In this document: in pieces, positions 24,797 through 33,216 of the stretch
Layout of the letters: every line of letters begins with the position of its first letter
How positions within the stretch are numbered: the stretch's first letter is position 1
Origin: Chthoniobacteraceae bacterium
Lineage (GTDB): Bacteria; Verrucomicrobiota; Verrucomicrobiia; Chthoniobacterales; Chthoniobacteraceae
Assembly (NCBI GenBank): GCA_044221185.1
Contig: JBGAPP010000017.1
Coordinates: 4,018-68,017 of the forward strand
Length of the DNA: 64,000 nucleotides
Reading direction: 5' to 3'
The notes under the pieces: generated by a model
The model's input: the letters and a program-made list of their open reading frames with translations, nothing else
Databases searched by the model: none
Told to the model about the DNA's origin: nothing
Translations under genes and position numbers: made by a program

Positions 24797-24969
24797 AACC
24801 GGATAGGCATGGAAGAAACCATGCCTATCCGGTTGTTTGGCAAAGCGCGAGGGGAGAAGGTGGAGCGTGACCTCCGGGCACGCTTCTGCCGGGCGAAATG
24901 CCAGGAAACGCGCCCGGAGGTCGCATTCCACCCCGGCTTGGCAGGCAACCGGATAGGCATGGAAGAAAC
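24797..24969. repeat. Three copies of a 16-23-nt sequence: an adjacent hairpin pair plus a distal direct copy, giving 17-bp inverted repeats around a segment of about 110 bp
   Basis: aaccggataggcatggaagaaac occurs at 24797-24819 and 24947-24969 (direct repeat). ccatgcctatccggttg at 24819-24835 is the inverse of caaccggataggcatgg at 24946-24962. An inner 11-bp inverted repeat is gacctccgggc (24869-24879) / gcccggaggtc (24912-24922). Confidence 0.85.
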
Positions 24970-25027
24970 GCAAATCCCAAATCCAAAATCCTAACTCTTA
25001 AATCCTAACTCCCAACTCCCCTATCCC

Positions 25028-25744
25028 ATGCCCTTCGACCCCACCTTCCCCACGCCCAACACTCTCGCCGATGCGGACCTGATGCGCTCGCAGCTCAATG
25101 CGCTGAACGACCGCATTGACACCATCCCCGCCGGCCCGCCCGGGGTGCCCGGGGCTCCCGGGCAGGGCTTCACCTTCCGCGGGGACTGGGAGGAGAGCAC
25201 GGTGTATGCGCCCTTCGACGTGGCCGTGTGGATTGGCTCGGCCTTTGTCTGCCTCGCCACGACCACGGGGCCGGGCCAGCCGCCGCCGGATGCGGACGCC
25301 GCGCACTGGCACGTGCTCGCGCAGCGGGGCGGCGACGGCGCGCCGGGGACGGACGGCATCAATGGCAGCGATGGCTCCCCCGGTGCGCAGGGGCCGCAGG
25401 GGCCGCAGGGGCCGCCGTTTGCGAGTGCGCTGGTGGATGCGGTGAACACGCTGCCGCCGGGCAGCCCGGCGGGCGCGTCGGTGACGTTCGACGGGACGAA
25501 TGTGCGCTTCACCTTCAGCCTCCCCGCGGGGGCGGATGGGACGAGCGGCGCCGACGGCGCGCCGGGCGAGGTGACGAATGCGGCCCTCAGCGCCGCGCTC
25601 GCCGCCGCCATCGAGGGCACGAGCGGGAACACGAATGCGGTGCCGACGCTGGACGCGGCGTTCACGAACGACCCGCTCTCACTCGCCGAGGGGGAGCTGC
25701 TGCGCGCGAAGCTGAATGAGCTGATTTTGAATGGCAGGCGATAG
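25028..25744 (+). CDS. Collagen-like (G-X-Y) repeat protein resembling phage tail-fibre proteins
   Basis: GPPGVPGAPGQG; GGDGAPGTDGINGSDGSPGAQGPQGPQGP; GADGTSGADGAPG. FTFRGDWEESTVYAPFDVAVWIGSAFVCL...HWHVLA resembles the small carbohydrate-binding-like module common in tail fibres. Coiled termini (DLMRSQLNALNDRIDTI; ELLRAKLNELILNG). Confidence 0.65.
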   Translation: MPFDPTFPTPNTLADADLMRSQLNALNDRIDTIPAGPPGVPGAPGQGFTFRGDWEESTVYAPFDVAVWIGSAFVCLATTTGPGQPPPDADAAHWHVLAQRGGDGAPGTDGINGSDGSPGAQGPQGPQGPPFASALVDAVNTLPPGSPAGASVTFDGTNVRFTFSLPAGADGTSGADGAPGEVTNAALSAALAAAIEGTSGNTNAVPTLDAAFTNDPLSLAEGELLRAKLNELILNGRR

Positions 25745-25797
25745 GGAGCAGGGAGCAGGGAGCAATCGACAATCCGCAATCCGCAATCCGCAATCCG
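25744..25797. repeat. Two heptanucleotide microsatellites: (GGGAGCA)x3 then (CAATCCG)x4 plus one degenerate unit
   Basis: gggagcagggagcagggagca at 25744-25764; caatcga caatccg caatccg caatccg caatccg at 25763-25797. They lie between two convergent stop codons. Confidence 0.9.
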
Positions 25798-25809
25798 CGC
25801 GCGGGTCCC

Positions 25810-27924
25810 CTACTCCCCCTTCGAGCGCGCGGCGGTGTGGCCGTAGTATTCGGGATAGCGGTAGTAGGAGTATTCCTGCATGGACTCGGCGACGGCGTTG
25901 CAGATGAGGCCGATGATGTTGGCCTGGCGGTCGCGGAGGACTTCGAGGGACTTCGTGCTGGCGCGGACGCTGGATGAGCCCATGCGGAAGACGAACAGCG
26001 TGGCGTCCACCTTCGGCGCGAGGCAGGAGGTGTCGTCGGCGGCGGTGATGGGCGCGCTGTCGATGATGACGTAGTCGAACTGCGCGGCGGCGGCCTTCAG
26101 GAAGCGATCCGTGTCGGTGCTGAGGAAAAGCTCGCCGGGGTTTGGCGGGCGCGTGCCGCAGGAGAGGAGGGAGAGGTTGCGGACACGGGTGGGCTTCACC
26201 ACGCGCTGGAGGGAGGCGTCGCCATTGAGCACATCGGCAAAGCCCTGCTCATTCGGCAGGCCGAGGGCCTTGTGCAGCGCGCCGCGGCGGAGGTCGCCGT
26301 CCACGAGGAGAATGCGGACATCGAACATCGCCATGGTGATCGCGAAATTGAGCGCGACGGTGCTCTTGCCCTCGTTCGGAGCGGCGCTGGTGATGAGGAA
26401 GATTTTCGGCGCAGGCCCGTCCACGGGCAGGAAGAAAAGCGAGGAGCGCAGCGAGCGGAAGGACTCGACGAAGGCGTGGCGCGCATCGTCCGGCGTGAGC
26501 GGATCGACGTCCACGGTGCCGACGGCGCTGACCGCATGCGGGATGTGCGCGAGGACGCGGTCGGGGAAGTGCGCCTGGAAGTCCACGACGGACTCGATGC
26601 GGTCGTCGAACGGATCAATGACGACGAGGCACAGCAGGCCGCCGAGCAGGCCGAGGACGACGCCCACGGTGAGCGCCATGACGACGTTGACCCGGACGGG
26701 CTCGGCGACGCTGGCCTTCTGGCGGATGGAGATGATCTCCTGATCCACGTTGCGCGTGAGGTCCACGCTGCCCTTCGACTTTCCAAGCGAGTCGAGCTGG
26801 AGGCGCAGGCGACCGACTTCGGCCTGGAGCGCCGAATACTGCGTGAGGCGCTCGCTGTTCGCCGCGGCCTTCGCCTCCCAGTCCTTGATCGTCGTCTGGA
26901 GGTTGCGGATTTCGAGGCTCGTCGCATCGCGGCGGCGGCGGAGGTCCTCGGCGCTCTGCCTGCGGAAAATGTCCATGAGCTGCTGCTGCTGGGCGATCTG
27001 CTCGTCGAGCTCGACCATGATGGGGTGCTTCGCCGTGAGGTCGCGGGCGTAGCTCGCGCGCTCGGAGCGCAGCAGCTCGATCTTCTGCCGCGCGCGCTCG
27101 TATTCGAGCATCGGGCCGCTCGCGACCGGCGTGCGCGGATCGGATTCCTGAAAGTCGGGCTGCGCGCCGGCGGGCTTCGGCCGGTCGCGGACCATCTGGT
27201 GATCGAGCTCGAGGAGGCCCTGGAGCTGCGACTCGTTCTTCAGCTCGGCGAGGCGGGTGTTGAGCTTCGAGAGATACGCGGCGGCGGCGTTGCCCTCCTG
27301 CTCGAGGAAGCCCGTCTTGTTCTCGCGCTGGAAGGCGAGCAGCTTCTCCTCCTCCGCGCGCAGCTCGGTCTTCACGCGCTCGATTTCATCATCAATCTCC
27401 CCCGCGGTGAACTCGCCCTTCTGCGAGCGCATCTCGCGCCGCGTGGCGATGTATTCGTGCATCACGGCGTCGAGGAATTTCTGCGGATACCTCGGCTCCA
27501 CGCCGACGGCGGAGAGGTGGAAGATCGAGGTGCCGGGGATCGCCTTCACGATCAGATCGACCGGCGTGACGGGTGTCTCGGGGGAGTGCGTGCGCACGTG
27601 TGCCTCGGCGCGCGTCCGCACCGCCTCGTCCTTCATCAGCTCGCCCTGCGTCGCCATGAAATACGTCATCTCCTCCGAGAAGGTCGCGGTGTCGGGCATG
27701 GCGACCCGCCCGCTCACCATCATGCGGCCCGAGGAGACGTAGGCGGTTTTCTGCGAGGCGACATACCACGACGCGATGCCGAGACCGAGCGCGGAGGCGA
27801 AGGCGACGATCCACCAGTATTTGCGGAAGAGCGTGCGGTAGCGGATGAGCTTCGCGCGCACGATCTGCCAGAAGGCGTGCGGTGACGGTCGGGACGGCGC
27901 CCGATGGAAGTGCGTGGGCTCCAT
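25810..27924 (-). CDS. Polysaccharide chain-length determinant / tyrosine autokinase (Wzc/GumC/EpsG-like)
   Basis: 704 aa. N-terminal Wzz-like TM plus a long coiled periplasmic region, a second TM, and a C-terminal P-loop domain (ITSAAPNEGKSTVALNFA..., LLVDGDLRRG..., YVIIDSAPI). Confidence 0.85.
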   Translation of the reverse strand: MEPTHFHRAPSRPSPHAFWQIVRAKLIRYRTLFRKYWWIVAFASALGLGIASWYVASQKTAYVSSGRMMVSGRVAMPDTATFSEEMTYFMATQGELMKDEAVRTRAEAHVRTHSPETPVTPVDLIVKAIPGTSIFHLSAVGVEPRYPQKFLDAVMHEYIATRREMRSQKGEFTAGEIDDEIERVKTELRAEEEKLLAFQRENKTGFLEQEGNAAAAYLSKLNTRLAELKNESQLQGLLELDHQMVRDRPKPAGAQPDFQESDPRTPVASGPMLEYERARQKIELLRSERASYARDLTAKHPIMVELDEQIAQQQQLMDIFRRQSAEDLRRRRDATSLEIRNLQTTIKDWEAKAAANSERLTQYSALQAEVGRLRLQLDSLGKSKGSVDLTRNVDQEIISIRQKASVAEPVRVNVVMALTVGVVLGLLGGLLCLVVIDPFDDRIESVVDFQAHFPDRVLAHIPHAVSAVGTVDVDPLTPDDARHAFVESFRSLRSSLFFLPVDGPAPKIFLITSAAPNEGKSTVALNFAITMAMFDVRILLVDGDLRRGALHKALGLPNEQGFADVLNGDASLQRVVKPTRVRNLSLLSCGTRPPNPGELFLSTDTDRFLKAAAAQFDYVIIDSAPITAADDTSCLAPKVDATLFVFRMGSSSVRASTKSLEVLRDRQANIIGLICNAVAESMQEYSYYRYPEYYGHTAARSKGE

Positions 27925-27930
27925 CGCGCG

Positions 27931-28605
27931 TCAGAAATTGATGAATTTCTGCGGAACGATGATGCGGTCGTCCGGCTGGAGCGCGGGATCCTTGTCGATC
28001 TGCCCCTTCACCAGGATCGCATCCACATCCACCACGGTCGTCTCCACGCTGGCGCCGCGGTTGCGGACGAGCTTCACCTTTTTCTTGTCGGCAAACTCGG
28101 CGAAGCCGCCGGCCTTCAGGATCGCCTTGCTCACGGTGAGCCTGTCCTCCGGCGGCAGCTCGATGGGGCCCTGCGAGCGCACGCAGCCGCTCACATAGAT
28201 GGTGCCGCGCGACTTTGTGCTCACGGAGTCGAGGCTCACGATCACGGTGGCGTGGTGGAAATACTCGCGCTGGAGCAGCGGCTTGATCGTCTCGGCGAGT
28301 TCGCGGCACGTGCGGCCGCCCGCGCGCACGCGGCCGATGAGCGGGACCTCGACCTCGCCGCTGTCTGTGACGACGAGCGAAAGGGGCGCACGCCTTTCCT
28401 GCACCACGCGGTAGCTCAGCCGGTCGCCCGCGCCGAGCCGGCGGGAGTTGTCGAGCACCTCCATCGAGGTCGTGCCCGCGACCACACCCGCCGCGAATGC
28501 GGGCTCGGGCCGCTCGCGCCCCGGCGGCTGCTGTGCCCGCGCGCCGAGCGCCGAGGCCAGCGCGATGAAAGTGAGGACGAGAATCTGGCGGAGGTTCCGC
28601 GGCAT
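27931..28605 (-). CDS. Polysaccharide export protein (Wza/EpsE-like: Poly_export + SLBB)
   Basis: Signal peptide. ...RLGAGDRLSYRV...VTDSGEVEVPLIGRVRAGGRT..ELAETI..., then IYVSGCVRSQGPIELP...LTVSKAILKAGG. Confidence 0.8.
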   Translation of the reverse strand: MPRNLRQILVLTFIALASALGARAQQPPGRERPEPAFAAGVVAGTTSMEVLDNSRRLGAGDRLSYRVVQERRAPLSLVVTDSGEVEVPLIGRVRAGGRTCRELAETIKPLLQREYFHHATVIVSLDSVSTKSRGTIYVSGCVRSQGPIELPPEDRLTVSKAILKAGGFAEFADKKKVKLVRNRGASVETTVVDVDAILVKGQIDKDPALQPDDRIIVPQKFINF

Positions 28606-28609
28606 TTCC

Positions 28610-29890
28610 TCAGAAGCGGTAATTCAGGCTGATGATGCCGGAATTCTGGTAATAGCTGCGCAGCGCGAGGTCGGAGTCCTTGTGAACGTAGCCGTAGCGC
28701 AGCGTGAGCGTTGTGCGCGAGGCGATCTTCATCCCCATCGCGATGCCGCCGCCCCAGCGGAACGCATGCTCGGCCGACACGAGCGAGCCGCCGGACTCCT
28801 TTGCGTCCTCGATGAACGCGTCGAAATTCCACGTCATCGCCGCATTCATCCGCCACGTCGCGGCGTAGCGCGCAAAGACGTATTCGGCGAAGTTCACCGA
28901 AAGGCCGAGGCGGGCCTCGCGCCCGACGGTGAGCGTGTGGCTGAAATACTGCGAGAGCCGCTGCGCCGCGGAGAGGTTCGCATACCAGCCGCTGAAGTCG
29001 CTGCGGTCGAGGCTCGTCCCGCTGGCGTCGAAGCTCATGTTCTGGTAGCCGGCGCTGGCGCGCAGGCGCGTGTATTCCGAGAGCGATGCATCCGCGAACG
29101 CGCCGAGCGACCACGTCGTCGCGTCGTTGTTCACATTCTCGTCGTAGTGCACCGATGCGAAGCTCGACTCAAGGCCCACGCCGAGCGCGTCGGTCACGCG
29201 GCGCCGGGCGCTCGCGAAGAACTGCTCCTCGCTGCGGTCGAGGTAGCTGAACTCCGTGTCGAACGTGTGGTAGGTGAAGTGGTCGTAGCCGAGGATGAAA
29301 TCCCAGTCCGGGTAGCGGAGGAATGCCGTGACGCCCGCGGCATTCTGCAGGCGCGTGAAGCGGGCGACGTTGCTCAGCGTCGTCTCGTCCACCGGGTTCT
29401 GCACGATCTGGATGCGGTCGTGGATGTTCAGCCGCAGATGGTCGCCGACGAAGATGTCGAAGCCGAACTGCGTGCCGGGATCCAGCAGCAGCGCGTTCGT
29501 GTCGAGGTGCGAATTGCGGGCGTATTTCGCGTAGCTGACGCCCAGGCCGAGCCGGATCGAATTCAGCCGGCTCACGCGCCACTCCGCGTCCACGTTCACG
29601 CGCGGACGGAAAATCACGTCGGTTTTGCGATCCCTTTCCGAGAGGCCCACGTTGTCGTTCACCTCCAGTTCCATCTGCGCGGACGCATCCACATTCACCG
29701 GGCCCAGGCGCATGAACCCGCCCTGCAGCTTCGACATCTGATCCTGCCGGGCCTCGTTTGCGAGCGAGCTGATTCCCGAAGGGCGAATGGACTCCTGCGC
29801 ATGCACGGAGAGGCCGGAGAGACACGCAAAGGCGACGGCGGTCAGCGTTGTTGTAATGAAGTTGCTGTTACGAAATCGGGCGGGCGGCAT
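28610..29890 (-). CDS. Outer-membrane beta-barrel protein of the EPS locus (EpsL-like)
   Basis: Internal ATG (cat at 29888-29890) of ORF 28610..30178 gives MPPARFRNSNFITTTLTAVAFACLSGLSVHAQ (signal peptide). Alternating beta-strand pattern throughout; C-terminus ...GIISLNYRF. Confidence 0.7.
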   Translation of the reverse strand: MPPARFRNSNFITTTLTAVAFACLSGLSVHAQESIRPSGISSLANEARQDQMSKLQGGFMRLGPVNVDASAQMELEVNDNVGLSERDRKTDVIFRPRVNVDAEWRVSRLNSIRLGLGVSYAKYARNSHLDTNALLLDPGTQFGFDIFVGDHLRLNIHDRIQIVQNPVDETTLSNVARFTRLQNAAGVTAFLRYPDWDFILGYDHFTYHTFDTEFSYLDRSEEQFFASARRRVTDALGVGLESSFASVHYDENVNNDATTWSLGAFADASLSEYTRLRASAGYQNMSFDASGTSLDRSDFSGWYANLSAAQRLSQYFSHTLTVGREARLGLSVNFAEYVFARYAATWRMNAAMTWNFDAFIEDAKESGGSLVSAEHAFRWGGGIAMGMKIASRTTLTLRYGYVHKDSDLALRSYYQNSGIISLNYRF

Positions 29891-29990
29891 GGTTGGGTGG
29901 TGAAAGCCGCCCGAGAAGTGCAGCAGGCACGGAGTGTTGACAAACCATTTCGTTGGCTGACTTAATGCTACCCGTCCCGAGCAACCACCC

Positions 29991-30716
29991 GTGCGCACCA
30001 AGCTGTCTTTCACTTTCCTCATCGCCCTCCTCTGCTGCGGGGCTGCTGTCGGCGGAGCTGCCGAAAAGCCGACGAAAAGTGACACTGCCGCCACGTCAGC
30101 TTCCGCGGATGCAAACGATCGCCGCGCCGCCGCTGAAGCTGCCGCTGCGATTGAGGCGCTCGGGGCAAACCCCGGCACGCGGCAGATTTCCTCGATCGTT
30201 TACAAGGCGGTCCGCTCGTCGCCTGCGAGTGTCCTCCACATCGTGAATGCGGCGGTGCGCGTCTCCCCGCAGGCCGCAGCGCCTGAAATTGTGACCGCTG
30301 CGACCGCCGCGACACCGAACCCGTGGAAGCGTGTCACTTATCGGCGACTCGGCGCGGTCGATGTGAAGAGGGCCACGCCCGATTTCAAGAGCGGCCCCGA
30401 TGGCAAGCAGGCGTTGGACGGCAAGGCAGTCCGCGGCCCCGCCGAACCCGAGGGCCCCGAAATGACGCTCGCCGAAGCCATCGTGCGCACCGCGATGGAT
30501 GCACAGCCAGGGCTCTCGATGCCCGCGTTGATCGCCGCAGCTGATGTCGCCCTGCTCACCGACCCCGCGGTGCTCATCCAGCGCATCAGCGGTTCGCGCG
30601 CGATCTCCGGCGTCGGCGACGCCGACACGAGCAATTACGCCAACGAACCGCTCCGCCCCACGGTGGCCGGCACGACACCCGTGCCGACGCCGAATCCGCC
30701 GGCAGTCAGCCAGTGA
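29991..30716 (+). CDS. Secreted Ala-rich hypothetical protein
   Basis: GTG start; MRTKLSFTFLIALLCCGAAVGGAAE signal peptide; low-complexity A/P/T-rich body. First gene of the exosortase operon. Confidence 0.55.
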   Translation: MRTKLSFTFLIALLCCGAAVGGAAEKPTKSDTAATSASADANDRRAAAEAAAAIEALGANPGTRQISSIVYKAVRSSPASVLHIVNAAVRVSPQAAAPEIVTAATAATPNPWKRVTYRRLGAVDVKRATPDFKSGPDGKQALDGKAVRGPAEPEGPEMTLAEAIVRTAMDAQPGLSMPALIAAADVALLTDPAVLIQRISGSRAISGVGDADTSNYANEPLRPTVAGTTPVPTPNPPAVSQ

Positions 30717-30727
30717 TTTTTTCGCAG

Positions 30728-31477
30728 ATGAAATTCCCGCGCACATCCCTGCTCCCGCTGCTCGCCCTCGCGGCACTGATGCTGACTGCATCTTCGGCAC
30801 GCGCTGCCGTGCTCAACTGGTCAACTGTCACGTGGTCGGGAACGTCGCAGTCCTACAACGTGGACGGTGTGGCCGGGAACGACATCACCGTTTCCTACAC
30901 GAACAGCGCCGGCGTCTCCAGTCCGGCCTCTGCGATCACTTCCGTCAATGGAGCGACGGATCTCCGGTTATCCACCAGCGGAATGGGCGCCTCGCTCACG
31001 AACAACTTCACAGTCACCATCACGTTCATCGGCACCTACGCGGTGGGCGTCAAGAACGTGACATTCACCCTCAACGACGTGGATGCAAACCTTTCCTCCG
31101 GGGGATTTCAGGACCGCATTTCATTTACCGCCCTCGACGGAGCGACGCCCATTTCGATCACCGCGTCCAACAGCGGCGGCACATCCGTGAATACGATCAC
31201 CGGTTCCCCGGGCACGAATCCCGTCGCAACCGGCAACAGCAGCACAGGGACGAACCCGGAGGGCGACGTCTCGATCAACACCGGCACCACCAAGCTCAAC
31301 AGCATTTCCTTTGTCTGGACCAATCCGAACGCTTCGTTCCGCGGCACCCAGTGGATCGGGCTCGGAAACATCAACTTCACGGTCATCCCTGAGGTCGCCA
31401 GCGGTTCCGCGGCCCTGATTCTCTGCGGCGCGTTTCTCGCGTTCGGGCGTCGCCGCGTCCGTCAGGTCGCGGCATGA
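30728..31477 (+). CDS. PEP-CTERM sorting-domain protein (IPE variant), exosortase substrate
   Basis: MKFPRTSLLPLLALAALMLTASSARA signal peptide. Ser/Thr/Asn-rich beta-rich body. C-terminus TVIPEVASGSAALILCGAFLAFGRRRVRQVAA (motif + TM + Arg cluster). Confidence 0.8.
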   Translation: MKFPRTSLLPLLALAALMLTASSARAAVLNWSTVTWSGTSQSYNVDGVAGNDITVSYTNSAGVSSPASAITSVNGATDLRLSTSGMGASLTNNFTVTITFIGTYAVGVKNVTFTLNDVDANLSSGGFQDRISFTALDGATPISITASNSGGTSVNTITGSPGTNPVATGNSSTGTNPEGDVSINTGTTKLNSISFVWTNPNASFRGTQWIGLGNINFTVIPEVASGSAALILCGAFLAFGRRRVRQVAA

Positions 31478-33216
31478 ACCCTGACGGGCCAAGCTCCGAG
31501 GCGGAGCAGCCCAAATCACTGGCGACAACACGGGGGCGCCGCTGGTGGCTCGTTTCCGGGCTGATTGTCGCGCTTGCCCTTGCAGCCTCCATTGGACGCC
31601 CCGCATTCTCCCGCTGGCAGCATGACAAGCTGATTCGGAACGCCACGGAATCCCTCGCCGCCGGCGACGCCCGTGGCGCCTACCTTTCAGCGAGGGAGGC
31701 GATCTTGAAGAAGGCGGACAGCACCCAGGCCTGTGCCATCCTCGCACAGATCGCCGAGCAGCAGCTTTCACCCGAGGCAATCCTCTGGCGACAGCGGCTC
31801 GTCGAGATCGACCCAACTCAAAGCTCACGCCTCCTCGAACTCGCCGCCACCGCTGTGGGCTTGCAGGAGACGTTCATCGCCGAAGAGGCACTGGCGCAGG
31901 TTCCCGCAGCAGAACGCGGATCCGTCGCATTTCACGCGACGGCAGCCGCGGTCGCGATCGCCAAAAAGCAGTTCGCCCGGGCGGAGATGGAATTCAAGGG
32001 CGCCGCGGCTCTCGAGCCAGGCAACGAGAATCTCCAGCTCAATCTCGCCACGATCCAGCTCGCGCTACCGGAGGCCGCCGTCGCGGACAACGCCGTCACC
32101 ACACTCGAACGGCTCCGGGAAAAGGCGGAATTTCGAAAGCCCGCGCTCCGCGCCCTGCTGGCAGACGCGCGTCGCCGCGGCGAACCCGGGCGTGCGCGGA
32201 AACTCGCGCGGGAACTCAGGGATTGCGAGGGAGCCAGCCTCGGGGATCTGCTGCTATGGCTTGAGGAACTCCAGCAGGCGCGAGATCCAGACTTTGAGAG
32301 CGAGCTTCGCACACTCCAGAAGGCATCCGCACAAGGCAGCGGACCAGCCTACACGCTGCTGAGGTGGATGAATGCACGTGGCCTCGCCGCCCAGAGCGCC
32401 GAGTGGTGCGAGTCGATCCCTGGAAGAATCCGTGCACAGATGCCGGTGCCATTGGCGGAGGCGGAAGCTCTTGTCGCACTCGCGGACTGGAAACGCCTGC
32501 GCGAACTCGTTCGGGACAAGGATTGGGAGGCTTTGGATTTCCTCCGCCTGGCAATCCACGCCCGCGTGCTCCTCGAGTCGGACGGGCAGAAGCGGCGGCG
32601 CGCCGAGTTCCGCGCAGCCTGGGAGCGCGCGACAAATGCCACCCGCGGAAATCCGAACTCGCTCATGATGCTCGGCCGCCTCGTGAACGGCTGGGGCTGG
32701 GACGACGAGGCCGCGCAGGCGTGGTGGCTTGCTGCAAAGAACAGCGCCGGTGGGCGGGTCGCGCTGAAGGCGCTGTTTGAAAAATTTTCGTCCGCCAAAA
32801 ACACGCGCGAACTTTACCGCGTCGCGCGCCGCGTCCTCGAACTTGAGCCCGCCAACCCGGTCGCGAAAAACAACGTCGCATCGCTCGCGCTGCTGCTCGG
32901 TGAGGATGAGGCCGAGGCGCACCGCATCGCCGAGGAAATCCACAGGCTCTCACCCGGCCAGCCCGCAATCGCGACGACCTACGCGCTCTCGCTCCACCGG
33001 CGGAAGCGGACTGCGGAGGCAGTCGCCGCCTTGAGGAAGCTCCCGCCGCAGGCATTCAGCGAGCCCTCCGCCGCAGCGTGCTTCGGATCCCTGCTCGCGG
33101 AAAACGGTGAGCGCGACGCTGCGAGGCCGCTCCTCGAACTGGCGGAGCAGCAGAAGCAGCAGCTTTTCCCCGAGGAAGCCGCGATGGTCGCCGAGGCGCT
33201 GCGCCGCATCCGGTGA
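31474..33216 (+). CDS. TPR-repeat protein with an N-terminal membrane anchor
   Basis: 580 aa. RRWWLVSGLIVALALAASI anchor, then repeated Ala/Leu-rich TPR-like helices. 4-nt overlaps with both neighbouring genes. Confidence 0.7.
   Translation: MNPDGPSSEAEQPKSLATTRGRRWWLVSGLIVALALAASIGRPAFSRWQHDKLIRNATESLAAGDARGAYLSAREAILKKADSTQACAILAQIAEQQLSPEAILWRQRLVEIDPTQSSRLLELAATAVGLQETFIAEEALAQVPAAERGSVAFHATAAAVAIAKKQFARAEMEFKGAAALEPGNENLQLNLATIQLALPEAAVADNAVTTLERLREKAEFRKPALRALLADARRRGEPGRARKLARELRDCEGASLGDLLLWLEELQQARDPDFESELRTLQKASAQGSGPAYTLLRWMNARGLAAQSAEWCESIPGRIRAQMPVPLAEAEALVALADWKRLRELVRDKDWEALDFLRLAIHARVLLESDGQKRRRAEFRAAWERATNATRGNPNSLMMLGRLVNGWGWDDEAAQAWWLAAKNSAGGRVALKALFEKFSSAKNTRELYRVARRVLELEPANPVAKNNVASLALLLGEDEAEAHRIAEEIHRLSPGQPAIATTYALSLHRRKRTAEAVAALRKLPPQAFSEPSAAACFGSLLAENGERDAARPLLELAEQQKQQLFPEEAAMVAEALRRIR

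Noticed and set aside
23951-24994. ORFs 24265..24750(+), 24389..24994(+), 24258..24542(-), 23951..24637(-) as protein genes
   Set aside because: Four frames are open at once only because the 21-bp palindromic unit lacks stop triplets. Both strands give similar heptad peptides, which argues for selection on the DNA dyad. The GTG-24265 frame is not fully excluded (see finding).
22720-25800. Calling the islet a prophage, integrative element or insertion sequence
   Set aside because: I could recognise no integrase, transposase, terminal inverted repeats, tRNA target or other phage structural genes. It is kept only as a hypothesis in the findings.
28448-29965. 505-aa plus-strand ORF
   Set aside because: It is antisense to the outer-membrane barrel gene, which has a signal peptide, a beta-strand pattern and a terminal Phe.
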